DNA of 64,000 nucleotides from Dehalococcoidia bacterium (GCA_034420955.1 DAOUKV010000016.1:10119-74118), one strand, 5' to 3'. Shown: positions 36,500 to 45,244, counted from the first letter of the stretch. Program-made: numbers and translations. The notes: generated by a model not told the origin, from the letters alone.

Positions 36500-37060
36500 T
36501 CAGAAGTCATGCGGAGCCAAGATGGGGCCATATTCGGTGGACCAAGCGCGCGCCCACATCCTGCACTCGGACACCAGTTGGCAAGACTCAAAGTGAGTAT
36601 CAGTGTAAGTTGCCTTGACGAGATACTCGCGAACAGTATTGCCTGGCAGTCCATCGTCTGGATTGTAGAACTCAGAGGGAAACAGGATAGCCGTCTTCAT
36701 CTTGATTGCGGGAACGCTCACGAAGTTGGCGATCTCCATCAATGCGCCCGGACTTGTGGAGGTGCACAGAATTATTACGAGGTCAACGGTAGGCTGGCTT
36801 AGGATCCGGCGCTCCTGATCCAGAAGCGAACCTTGCAACGGGTCGTTTACAACCAAGTCCTCCGGGAAGAACGAGCTGTGACCGTCAGTCGCCAGTGCCT
36901 CGCGAATTTGGAGGCGCTTTGCGGCGCCTGAGCTGTTTGGATCGTCAATGCTTGGACCTAGAACGGCGATGCCGAGTCTCGCCCGACCGCGCAACGTTTC
37001 CCGCTCTTGCCTGGCGAAGGCTGATACAAGATCGTCAAATGTGTCGCCCGCTTGCCTCAT
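36500..37060 (-). CDS. Hypothetical protein C of AT-rich islet; Rossmannoid, nucleoside 2-deoxyribosyltransferase/TIR-like pattern (weak)
   Basis: 186 aa. 'LGIAVLGPS' (beta1-Gly loop) and 'VDLVIILCTSTSPGALMEIANF' resemble the NDT-like 'YlAGP' and 'aD.vva.ld....d.Gt..ElG.A' elements. ATGA overlap with the upstream gene. Confidence 0.6.
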   Translation of the reverse strand: MRQAGDTFDDLVSAFARQERETLRGRARLGIAVLGPSIDDPNSSGAAKRLQIREALATDGHSSFFPEDLVVNDPLQGSLLDQERRILSQPTVDLVIILCTSTSPGALMEIANFVSVPAIKMKTAILFPSEFYNPDDGLPGNTVREYLVKATYTDTHFESCQLVSECRMWARAWSTEYGPILAPHDF

Positions 37061-37515
37061 GCGTGCTCTGCGGACTCTGCGTTCACTATGGACTCTATGA
37101 AGCGCTGACCGGACTCGGTGATGTAGATGACGTTCGCACCTATCTCGCAGAAGTGGGCGGCAGTCAGCTTCGCAAGCGACAGGCCATGTTTGCCCAAGTC
37201 GAAGTCGGGAATATCCACGATGACGTCTTCGTACATCGTGGCCAGCAATCGCAACGCCGCGTCATCGGTGAACACCTCAGCAGCCTTGCGCCTGAAGTGC
37301 CTATTGGCGTTCTCGAGTCTCTGCCGGAGATTATCCGGCGAGTCGAACGAGAAGCGATTCAGCGGTGGGCTTTCTGTTCTATTAGTCCCGTGTGCAGACT
37401 CCATGCGTGTAACATGGTGTATGTCCCAATCATCATGCACAACCCAGTGGCTTCCCCGTGGGCGGGTATGGAGATTCCGTAAGGACGATTTGTATTGGTT
37501 AGATATTGTCGGCAT
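37057..37515 (-). CDS. Hypothetical protein B of AT-rich islet
   Basis: 152 aa from ATG 37515, one nt after the stop of gene A. No recognisable domain. Confidence 0.55.
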   Translation of the reverse strand: MPTISNQYKSSLRNLHTRPRGSHWVVHDDWDIHHVTRMESAHGTNRTESPPLNRFSFDSPDNLRQRLENANRHFRRKAAEVFTDDAALRLLATMYEDVIVDIPDFDLGKHGLSLAKLTAAHFCEIGANVIYITESGQRFIESIVNAESAEHA

Positions 37516-37516
37516 T

Positions 37517-38188
37517 TTATTTCCCAATTTCTTGAACTATCAGAGCCACCGACATTTGGCGCGTGATGCCAAAAGCTTGTTTCATGCTATCTTGGCTCAA
37601 ATTACTGCTGGCAGCAAAACTGACAGTATGCTCAATTGACTTCCTTGCCTCAGACACCTCAACTGTAACCGTATGAGTTGGTTGACCATTCTCTCGACGA
37701 CTCAATGTTACAGACTCAATATGAGTCAGACCATGGCGGGAACTCGGATCAGACAATATCAGAGGCGTGGGCACTGATACTCGAGACTCTGCACCTTCAT
37801 CCGTATTGTATGAGAATGTGGCTTCATATTGAATAGATATATCTCCGAACATACCAGAACCCATTTCCAGAAGGTCAGATATGGGGTTGAGATCATCGGG
37901 CGGGAGTGGGACGTCATCGTCTGCTACCGAATATGTTACGTAGACCCAATATCTAGGTTGAGCATCGTCCTCAATTCGCTGCAACGACCCTCTGGCGGCT
38001 ACAGTGGTGTCGCCTAAACTAAGCATAGAACCATAAAATCCTGACCGTTGTCCATCTTCAGAATCGTCGCTCTGATGCCGCGCCTGTGCCATCAACGTTT
38101 GAATCTGGGCGTCCTCTTCTTCAGTCACTGTGAAGAGACTGTATATGGAAAATTCCCCGCAGTTGGCACCTGCCAAGTCAAGTTCCAC
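37517..38188 (-). CDS. Hypothetical protein A of AT-rich islet
   Basis: The ORF is open to 38407, but 38207-38236 is a strong hairpin just after the transketolase-like stop. I place the start at GTG 38188, which is preceded by GGGGGA. ATG 38245 is the alternative. Acidic, beta-rich, no recognisable domain. Confidence 0.5.
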   Translation of the reverse strand: MELDLAGANCGEFSIYSLFTVTEEEDAQIQTLMAQARHQSDDSEDGQRSGFYGSMLSLGDTTVAARGSLQRIEDDAQPRYWVYVTYSVADDDVPLPPDDLNPISDLLEMGSGMFGDISIQYEATFSYNTDEGAESRVSVPTPLILSDPSSRHGLTHIESVTLSRRENGQPTHTVTVEVSEARKSIEHTVSFAASSNLSQDSMKQAFGITRQMSVALIVQEIGK

Positions 38189-38206
38189 TGTTCGTCCCCC
38201 TACGCG

Positions 38207-38236
38207 GCGGGGCCGGCGCTCAGGCACCGGCCCCGC
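38207..38236 (-). terminator. GC-rich hairpin after the transketolase-like gene
   Basis: GCGGGGCCGG-N10-CCGGCCCCGC, a perfect 10-bp stem 27 nt downstream of the stop at 38263. No clear U-tract. Confidence 0.45.
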
Positions 38237-38262
38237 ATTATGCATCAATTGTAGCAGATAGC

Positions 38263-40824
38263 CTACCCCAGTCCGGCCAGCGCGGTGGTCTGGCTGGCTA
38301 TGCGCGAGTCGCGCTCGTCGGCGAAGCGCTTGATGCCGGCGTAGATGGATTCGGCGTCGAGGCGGGCCTCGGCTATCACGTCGGCTTCGGTGCCGCCGGT
38401 GAGCCACTGGTTGTCCCAGTCAGAGGTCAGGGAGTACTCGTCGGTGAGAGGGCCCGCGTTCTGGACGGGCCACATGCGGCGGGTTCCGGTGGTTACGACC
38501 ATCATGTCGTACTTGCCGCCGGCGGGCAGCACCGAGTCCTGGTATTCCTGCGACTGGCGAGTGAACAGCTCCTCGCTGATGGCGGCGATCACGCGGACGT
38601 TGACGCCCTCAGATTCCAGGCGCGGCAGCGCGGACAAGAGGTTGACGGTGGACGACGACCCCTGCACCACCACGTAGCCGTGTTTGGGCTTGTCCGGGTC
38701 GAAGTCGCGTATCAGGTAGAAGCCCTTTGCGGCCGCCCTCAAGTCGGTGTCGGCGAAGGTGGAGCGGTCGGCGACGGGGAAGTCGGGACGCGCCACTTCC
38801 AGCACGATGACGCCGACCTTGCTCTCGCGCGCGGCGATCTCGGCGGCGGCGAAGTAGCCGGGGGCGACGTCGTTGTAGTCCCAGAAGCTCAGCGTAATCG
38901 CCTGGCCGCGCGGGAAGAGCTTCCACACCTGCGGCGCAAAGATGCCGAAGTGCGTGCGGGCGTCGGCGGCAGTCTCCGGGCCGGAGTGTCCGGCGAGGAT
39001 ATGCAGCACGCCCGTCCTGAACGGGCTGTCCTGGTTCTGCTGGCTCCAGACGCGGGAGGGCAGGTACATGAGCGGCGTGAACGCGCCGTAGGTGCCGCTG
39101 AGCGCCCACACGCCGACGTGCTGATCGGGGTCGAGCGATACGGACTGCCCGACGAGGCCGATGGCGGTGGAGGCGTTGCCCGCCTCCTGGATGGCCGCCT
39201 TCAACCGGCTGCCTGCGGGGTTCGCCACAGGGTCGAAGGTGTCCCAGATGGCGCCGTGCTCGACGTTGATGGACTCGGCCAGGTCCGCCGCGACGACGAC
39301 GAAGCGGTTGTTGGTAACGTAGTTCATCCATTTGATGATTTCGGATATGGCGCGCCGCGTGCCGCGCACGTTGCCCGGCTCTTCGAACAGCTTTATGCCA
39401 AGTTGCTTCTCCTCGCCGGAGCTTGGGTTCGTCACGGTCAGATCCTGCGCCCCTAGGGGCAGGTTGTTGACCTTGAGACGCGAGTCCAAGAAGGGGTCGG
39501 CGTCGCGGTCTATTCGCAGCGGCAGCGCGTCGTCCACGCTGTCGCCTATCTCGACCAGGCGGTCGGCTATCCAGTCGCCCAGCCCGTTCTGGTCCAGCAC
39601 GGACATGGCGACGTCTATATTCGTCTTGAACTGGATGAGCCGTTCGCGGTCGTCCGACACCGCGCCGTCGCGGATGCCCTCGAACTTCACGCCGAAGCGC
39701 TTCTCGAACGTCTCCGCGAGCGCGACGAAGTAGTCTCCGTTCATGGCGAGGTTGTAGGGGTGGCTGTGGTAGCTGACCACCTGTTCGCCGAAGCCGGGTA
39801 TCTGTCCGTCCACCGCGCCGGGCCACCAGCCCTTGACGGTCTTGCCGACGACGATCATGGGACGGTCGTCCTCGTGATCCCACTCTTCCATCGTCTTGAA
39901 TGCGGCGACTACCTGGTCGTAGTCGTTGCCGTTGTCCAGGGTCAGCACGTTCCAGCCGTAGGCGGCCCACTGGTCTTCGATGCGGTAGGCGTCATAGACA
40001 GGGCGGATTACGCTGCCGACGAGTTCGTCGTCTATGCCGGCGTTGTTGTACGAGAGCAGGATGCGGAGGCGCTTGCCTACCTGCTGGGCGACGGCGGCGG
40101 TCTTCATTTCCTGCGAGTGGCCGGACGTCATGGCGAATTCGCCCTCGATAGCCATGATCTTGAGGCTGTCGGGCGCGCCTACGATGTCCCAGAAGGCGGC
40201 CTTGCCGGCGGATGTGGCGATGCCGATGCCGGACGGTCCGCCGTTGACGTCGTTGGTGAGGTCGGTCGTTTCGGAGTGTCCGGCGAGCGAGCGGATGCCT
40301 CGGATCTTCGCCTGCGCCATGAGGGGGTGGTCGGTGAGTCCGGTTTCTTCGAGCAGGGTATCGAGCGCGCCGCGTCCGCGCCTAAAGCCGAGCGCGTCTA
40401 TGGAAAGCATGGAGGCATTCGGGTCGGCGGCGTAGCGGTCGTCTCCGGTGGCCGCGCGCTTGCGCTCCAGCGCTTCGCCCATGATCATCCACAGCGCGTA
40501 GGTAACGGGGGCGTTGTGGCCTCCGGCGAGCATGAATCGGTCGGCGTAGGGGTGCTTGGGCCTGCGGTAGTCGTACCTGAGCCCGCCGAGCTCCGGCCCG
40601 ACCAGGTGCGACGTGACGGTGTAGGGCGTGTAGGCGAGCGGTCCGCCGAAGTGACCGGTCTGGGCGTAGTTGCCCAGCAGCACCAGCGTCATCGCAGTCA
40701 GAAAGCCGACGTCTTCCAGTCGCTCCTTGTCAAAGTCCGGCAACTCCACCTCTCTCGCAGTCACGCCATGCGAGAGCGACAGAGTGTTGACTATTGCCGT
40801 AGAGCTTCCGTTTGTTGCAACCAT
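38263..40824 (-). CDS. Transketolase-family ThDP enzyme, unusually long single chain (~850 aa)
   Basis: 'GHFGGPLAYTPY', 'AGHSE', 'GGPSGIGIATSAGKA', and the ThDP motif 'IEGEFAMTSGHSQE...LLSYNNAGID'. ATG 40824 is preceded by GGTGGAG. Confidence 0.75.
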   Translation of the reverse strand: MVATNGSSTAIVNTLSLSHGVTAREVELPDFDKERLEDVGFLTAMTLVLLGNYAQTGHFGGPLAYTPYTVTSHLVGPELGGLRYDYRRPKHPYADRFMLAGGHNAPVTYALWMIMGEALERKRAATGDDRYAADPNASMLSIDALGFRRGRGALDTLLEETGLTDHPLMAQAKIRGIRSLAGHSETTDLTNDVNGGPSGIGIATSAGKAAFWDIVGAPDSLKIMAIEGEFAMTSGHSQEMKTAAVAQQVGKRLRILLSYNNAGIDDELVGSVIRPVYDAYRIEDQWAAYGWNVLTLDNGNDYDQVVAAFKTMEEWDHEDDRPMIVVGKTVKGWWPGAVDGQIPGFGEQVVSYHSHPYNLAMNGDYFVALAETFEKRFGVKFEGIRDGAVSDDRERLIQFKTNIDVAMSVLDQNGLGDWIADRLVEIGDSVDDALPLRIDRDADPFLDSRLKVNNLPLGAQDLTVTNPSSGEEKQLGIKLFEEPGNVRGTRRAISEIIKWMNYVTNNRFVVVAADLAESINVEHGAIWDTFDPVANPAGSRLKAAIQEAGNASTAIGLVGQSVSLDPDQHVGVWALSGTYGAFTPLMYLPSRVWSQQNQDSPFRTGVLHILAGHSGPETAADARTHFGIFAPQVWKLFPRGQAITLSFWDYNDVAPGYFAAAEIAARESKVGVIVLEVARPDFPVADRSTFADTDLRAAAKGFYLIRDFDPDKPKHGYVVVQGSSSTVNLLSALPRLESEGVNVRVIAAISEELFTRQSQEYQDSVLPAGGKYDMMVVTTGTRRMWPVQNAGPLTDEYSLTSDWDNQWLTGGTEADVIAEARLDAESIYAGIKRFADERDSRIASQTTALAGLG

Positions 40825-41004
40825 AGAAGTACACTCCACCCGCAGGTTTGGCTGAATCGGGACGGAATCCGTACCGTCCCACGCGGTCTATTTTATGGGC
40901 GGCGCAGAGCGCTGCCCGACAGCATGAATGATAAGCGCAACGGGTATTGCGTTGCAAGGTTGCGAGGCGGATGCAGTCGTCCTACGAGCCAGGGCGCGGG
41001 GGTG

Positions 41005-41013
41005 TGGTACAAT
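41005..41013 (+). promoter_or_regulatory. Extended -10 element TGgTACAAT upstream of the Uma2 gene
   Basis: Read directly, ~60 nt upstream of ATG 41074. Confidence 0.3.
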
Positions 41014-41073
41014 CCCCGTGTACCTGCGTATGTGCGCAGGGATACGCCTTGCGTTGAATCATAGGAGGCGGGC

Positions 41074-41874
41074 ATGACAACCCAAACCGCCGTCGCCCCA
41101 ACCAGAGCAAAAGGCGTCCCGGATCTCGCGGACCTGGACATAGACACCCTGCTCGAACTCTACCCCCCACAGATGGACCCTATGCCCGAAGCCGGATATC
41201 AGTTTCCATATATCAATGCCCTCGCCGAGGTTCTGCTCAGATGGTTGCCCGAAGCCTTCCCGGGATCGACAATCTTCGGGGGCAACTTCATCTACTACCT
41301 GGACGAAGACGGCGAGAGGCGCGCGATCTCGCCGGATATGGCCATAGTCTTCGACGTAGAGGACGTAGAAATAGATCCGTCGGTTATGTGGAGTTCCTAC
41401 TTCGTAGAGTTGGTGGGCAAGCCGCCCGAGTTCGTGATGGAGATAGGCTCGCACTCGACCGCTCACAGGGATATGACCGTGAAGCGGCGCATCTACGCTT
41501 GGATGGGCGTATCCGAGTACTGGATGTTCGACCCGACCGGAGGTCTTCACTACCCCTTCGCGCTGCGCGGTCTGCGCCTGGTCGAGGGAGAGTACCGCCC
41601 GATAGAGATGAGCGAGAGTCCGGACGGTTCGGTACGAGGCCATAGCGAGGTCTTGGGACTGGACTTCTTCTGGGACGGCAACGACCTTCACCTGATAGAC
41701 TCCGCGACGGGCGAGCGTCTGCGCCGGACTCGGGAGATCGTGGCGGACGAGCGCACGGCGCAGCGTCGCCTCGAGGAAACTCGCGCTCGCGCCGAAACTG
41801 CCGAGGCTCGCGCTGAGGAAGCTGAAGCGGAGCTTGCTAGACTGCGCCGGTCGATGGAGTCGCCGGACGCCTAG
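41074..41874 (+). CDS. Uma2 (DUF820) family endonuclease with C-terminal coiled-coil tail
   Basis: 'ISPDMAIVF', 'PEFVMEIGS' and 'KRRIYAWMGVSEYWMFDP' form the PD-(D/E)xK-like Uma2 core. AGGAGG Shine-Dalgarno. Confidence 0.8.
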   Translation: MTTQTAVAPTRAKGVPDLADLDIDTLLELYPPQMDPMPEAGYQFPYINALAEVLLRWLPEAFPGSTIFGGNFIYYLDEDGERRAISPDMAIVFDVEDVEIDPSVMWSSYFVELVGKPPEFVMEIGSHSTAHRDMTVKRRIYAWMGVSEYWMFDPTGGLHYPFALRGLRLVEGEYRPIEMSESPDGSVRGHSEVLGLDFFWDGNDLHLIDSATGERLRRTREIVADERTAQRRLEETRARAETAEARAEEAEAELARLRRSMESPDA

Positions 41875-41880
41875 CGCCCA

Positions 41881-42729
41881 CTACTCGGCGCAGACGGGCA
41901 CGCCGCCCCTGAAGCCGTCAACGCCGCTCAGGAAGACGGGGATGCAGCCCTCTACGCCGGTATCCTGGACGTTTACGTAGGTTAGCTCGGACAGGTTCTC
42001 CAGAATCGGGGTGATGGAGCCGGTTAGACGGTTTCCCTCGATGGCTAACCACTCCAGGTTGGCCAGGTTGCCCAGTTCTCGCGGCACGTCGCCCGTTAGC
42101 CGGTTGACGCTCAGGTCCATTTCGACCAGGTTAGCGAGCCTGCCGATTTCGGCGGGGATGCCGCCGGTCAGCGCGTTCGCGCTCAGGTTGAGCACCGCGA
42201 GACCGGTGAGCGAGCCGAGTTCCGGCGGAATCTCGCCCGTAAGTTCGTTGCCGTACAGGTGCAGCGCGTATAGCGCGGACAACCTGCCCAGTTCGGGGGG
42301 AATGACGCCGGACAGTCCCTTGACCGTCAGGTCCAACACGACTACGCGCGGCGGGGAGCCGCTGATGACGACGCCCGTCCACTCGGTGATGGGAATGTCG
42401 GCGTTCCAGTTGAGTTCGGCGTCGCCGGCCCCACCGCCGACTAGCTGCGGCGCGGCCGCGAGCAGAGCGGCGCAGTCGTCGGCAAGCCCGCCGACCGCGA
42501 TCGGGTAGGCCGATGTCGCGCCGCCCGGACACATCACCGGGGCGACCGGCGCGGCGGGCACGGCTCCAAACCCGGTCAGCGGAGGGGCGACCGCGCGCGC
42601 CGCGCGCGATTCGCCGGCGCGCGACAGGCTGCCCACCAGTCCGCGATCTTCGGAGAGCAGGGCGAGCGCGATTACCACGGCTATGGTAACCGCCATAACC
42701 ACCTGGCTGATTAGTAGCTCGCGGGACAT
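41881..42729 (-). CDS. Membrane-anchored leucine-rich repeat (LRR) protein
   Basis: N-terminal TM 'VVMAVTIAVVIALALL', then about six 24-aa repeats 'L.GxIPxELGxLxxLxxLxLxxN'. The ATG overlaps the upstream stop (TGATG). Confidence 0.75.
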   Translation of the reverse strand: MSRELLISQVVMAVTIAVVIALALLSEDRGLVGSLSRAGESRAARAVAPPLTGFGAVPAAPVAPVMCPGGATSAYPIAVGGLADDCAALLAAAPQLVGGGAGDAELNWNADIPITEWTGVVISGSPPRVVVLDLTVKGLSGVIPPELGRLSALYALHLYGNELTGEIPPELGSLTGLAVLNLSANALTGGIPAEIGRLANLVEMDLSVNRLTGDVPRELGNLANLEWLAIEGNRLTGSITPILENLSELTYVNVQDTGVEGCIPVFLSGVDGFRGGVPVCAE

Positions 42730-44405
42730 CAGTGCGCCAGCGAGCTGGGCGTCCAGCCTCCGTAAACGGGATACTGAGAGCATATGAACTCTATGTAGGC
42801 GGGCTGGCCGGCGGCGTTCGCCTCCTGCGCGCGTTGGAGGGCGGGAACCACTTCCGACGGCTCGCTCACTCGCTCGGCGTGAAGGCCAAGCTCGGTTGCG
42901 ACTTTGGACATATTCACGTCGTCCGGCCCCATCACGAGGTGTGTGTAAGGATCGTGTCCGGCGCCCCAGAAGCCGGGACCGTAGCCCGCGAATCCGCCGT
43001 TGTTTATGTGCGCTACGGTGATGCCGATGCGTTCTCGAACCGCAACCTCCAGGTTGCCGAGCATATAGCCCACACCCGCGTCGCCGGATACTGCCACGCA
43101 CTGCCTGTCCGGGTGTGCGAGCTTGGCGGCGATTGTCGAGGCCAAGCTGAAGCCGAGAGTGGAGACGTTGCCCCAGCCAAGGAATCCGCGCGGGATGAGC
43201 GTGTCATAGATCGTGCTGAGCTGGTCTCGCGTGTTGCCGGAGTCGTGGGTTACGAACGAGTTATGCGGGTCGAGCGCTTCCATCAAGCCAGCATAGACGC
43301 GGTAGGGGTTGATGGGCGTATCGTCCGACGCCATCGCCTCGCGGTACACCGCCAGGGCGGAGTCGCGCGCCGCCTCGATCTCCGCTTCTACGCCACCATC
43401 CCCGTCGGGCGCCCTGCCCTGCCCGTCGGTGCGCGCGTCTATCTCCCGCGCCAGCGCGTCCAGCGTGAAGCGCGCGTCGCCTATCACGGCGTGCGCCGTC
43501 GGATATATGCGGTTCACGTGAAGCTCGTCTAGGTTGCACTGGATTATCGTCTTGGAAGCCGCGTCGGGTATCGCGTGGCTGAATCGCCCGGGGGAGAGGC
43601 TCGATCCGACGGCGAGAATCGTGTCGCTCTTGGTCAGGTACTCGGTCGTGTGGTCGCCGCGCACGCCGACGAACAGCGGGTGGTCCTCCGGGAAGGCGCC
43701 CTTCGCCTTGAGCGTGGTGATGACCGGCGCGTTGAGCAGTTCCGCCAGCGTCTTCAGCTCCGCGGACGCGCCGGCGTAGATGACGCCTTCGCCCGCGTAT
43801 ATCAGGGGGCTGCCCGCGTTCAACAGCAGGTCGGCGGCCGCGGACACGTCGGCCGGATCAGGCGCCGCCTTCCAGCCCTTGACGGGCGCATAGGGGTCGG
43901 CGGTCTCGTCAAACGTCCCGGAAGCGTCGGGCACGGACAGCACTACTGGGCCCGGACGTCCGCTGCGCAGCATGGTAAACGCGCGACGCATGAACTCGGG
44001 AACGCGCTCCGGCCTGTCTATGTAGCCGTACCACTTGGTTACGGACTTGAGGCTGGCGGTAACGTCGAACTGCGAGTTCTCCGAGCTGCCCGCCGGAACG
44101 CCGTCGGTGATGCACAAGATGGGCGAGCCGTCCTCGAACGCCTGCGCCAGGCCAGCGTAGGCTACCTGGATTCCGGCGGCGTTCACGCCGCCCTGCACTG
44201 TGCAGACGCCGATGCGCTCGCCTCCGGTAACGCGCGAGAATCCGTCGGCCAGCGCGATGGCGTAGCGGTCGTCGCGCATCATCACCATCGGCACCCCTTC
44301 CCGTCCCAGCGCGTTGTTCACCCGGCATACGGGGAAGGTCGAGACCCACTCGATGCCTTCTTGCTTCAATATCCGCGCGATAGCCGTCGCAACGTCAATA
44401 GTCAT
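42729..44405 (-). CDS. ThDP-dependent enzyme (acetolactate synthase large subunit/sulfoacetaldehyde acetyltransferase-like)
   Basis: N-terminal Pyr domain 'GVCTVQGGVNAAG', and C-terminal 'SGDAGVGYMLGNLEVA...HINNGGF' ThDP motif. Confidence 0.85.
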   Translation of the reverse strand: MTIDVATAIARILKQEGIEWVSTFPVCRVNNALGREGVPMVMMRDDRYAIALADGFSRVTGGERIGVCTVQGGVNAAGIQVAYAGLAQAFEDGSPILCITDGVPAGSSENSQFDVTASLKSVTKWYGYIDRPERVPEFMRRAFTMLRSGRPGPVVLSVPDASGTFDETADPYAPVKGWKAAPDPADVSAAADLLLNAGSPLIYAGEGVIYAGASAELKTLAELLNAPVITTLKAKGAFPEDHPLFVGVRGDHTTEYLTKSDTILAVGSSLSPGRFSHAIPDAASKTIIQCNLDELHVNRIYPTAHAVIGDARFTLDALAREIDARTDGQGRAPDGDGGVEAEIEAARDSALAVYREAMASDDTPINPYRVYAGLMEALDPHNSFVTHDSGNTRDQLSTIYDTLIPRGFLGWGNVSTLGFSLASTIAAKLAHPDRQCVAVSGDAGVGYMLGNLEVAVRERIGITVAHINNGGFAGYGPGFWGAGHDPYTHLVMGPDDVNMSKVATELGLHAERVSEPSEVVPALQRAQEANAAGQPAYIEFICSQYPVYGGWTPSSLAH

Positions 44406-44537
44406 GGTTTGCGTCTCCCCTGAGTCTGGCCTGAGTCTGGATTGGATATCGCTCGGCCTTCGCCGTCGGGCGAGCGTATCCCGCGCAGTATAACCCGCGC
44501 GCCGCCAAACCGAAAGCCGCGCGCTAGCGCAGGGTTG

Positions 44538-44567
44538 TTGACACTGCCGTTTTCCGGTGTGTACAAT
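44538..44567 (+). promoter_or_regulatory. Sigma70-like promoter for zur (TTGACA-18 nt-TACAAT, TG-extended)
   Basis: TTGACA at 44538-44543 and TACAAT at 44562-44567, with TG immediately upstream. Confidence 0.5.
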
Positions 44568-44590
44568 ATCATGTATTGATATGTCATATC
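44566..44590. promoter_or_regulatory. Overlapping AT-rich palindromes, candidate Zur/Fur-family operator
   Basis: ATATCA-TGTAT-TGATAT (44566-44582) and GATATG-T-CATATC (44578-44590) overlap the -10 region. They share the octamer AATATCAT with the znuA-upstream repeat. Confidence 0.45.
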
Positions 44591-44663
44591 AGTAACAACG
44601 GACTCAAGGTCGTCCGCATATCTGATATAAAATCTCAGTTGAGCAATCTTACGCGCTGGTCTG

Positions 44664-45167
44664 ATGGTTGTAACGAAACATGCCGCTTCGATAGCGGAGC
44701 AAATCTTGGAAGCGTTCCAGGCCCGAGGATACCGTTCTACGTCGCCTCGGCGCGCGATCGCGGTCGCCATCGGAGCGGAACAGCATCACTTCACCGCGGA
44801 GGAGCTGTGGAGAAAGTTGCCGCGCTCCATAGGCATTGCCACTGTCTATCGCACGCTGAAGATACTGGTGGACGCGGACGTCCTGTGTCGCGTTCTGCTG
44901 GAAGACGGGGGGTTGCGCTATCAGCTGAGCCACCGCGGCCACCACCATCACCTCATCTGCACCGAGTGCGAGGTCTCCCTCGACCTGATCGGCTGCGATA
45001 TAGAGGACACGCTGGAGTCCGCGTCCCACATCCACGACTTCGAGATTACAGGCCACTGGCTGGAAGTTTACGGTCTCTGCGCCGACTGCGCGCCGGACGA
45101 GCAAGAGCTTTCCGGGCGCGGCTCTACTTTCGCGCGGGACGATGCCCACGACGGCCATTGCCATTAG
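44664..45167 (+). CDS. zur: Fur-family metalloregulator, probable Zur
   Basis: Winged-helix 'IATVYRTLKILVDADVL', 'HHHHLICTEC' and 'CADC' (CxxC x2). Adjacent to a ZnuA-type gene. Confidence 0.8.
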   Translation: MVVTKHAASIAEQILEAFQARGYRSTSPRRAIAVAIGAEQHHFTAEELWRKLPRSIGIATVYRTLKILVDADVLCRVLLEDGGLRYQLSHRGHHHHLICTECEVSLDLIGCDIEDTLESASHIHDFEITGHWLEVYGLCADCAPDEQELSGRGSTFARDDAHDGHCH

Positions 45168-45217
45168 ATGATACTAAATCTCTATGATCTCAGAGTTAGC
45201 CCGGCGCTTTGATTCGT

Positions 45218-45244
45218 CGATATTACGATACAAAATCTCAATAT
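45218..45244. promoter_or_regulatory. Imperfect inverted repeat GATATTACGATAC-A-AAATCTCAATATC, candidate Zur box
   Basis: Read directly in the AT-rich gap between zur and the ZnuA-like gene. Confidence 0.4.

Noticed and set aside
38189-38407. Longer start (ATG 38245 or the track start 38407) for islet gene A
   Set aside because: The extension would overlap the transketolase-like 3' end and include the perfect 10-bp hairpin at 38207-38236, which looks like that gene's terminator. GTG 38188, preceded by a GGGGGA Shine-Dalgarno, is preferred, but the start remains uncertain.
38609-41064. ORFs of 453 aa (minus, off-frame) and 434 aa (plus) overlapping the transketolase-like gene
   Set aside because: Arg/Gly/Pro-rich composition with no motifs. 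They overlap the frame that carries the clear ThDP/transketolase motifs.
44402-44770. 122-aa minus-strand ORF between the ThDP enzyme gene and zur
   Set aside because: It covers the strong zur promoter/operator region and the zur 5' end, and has no recognisable motifs or Shine-Dalgarno. It is more plausibly non-coding.
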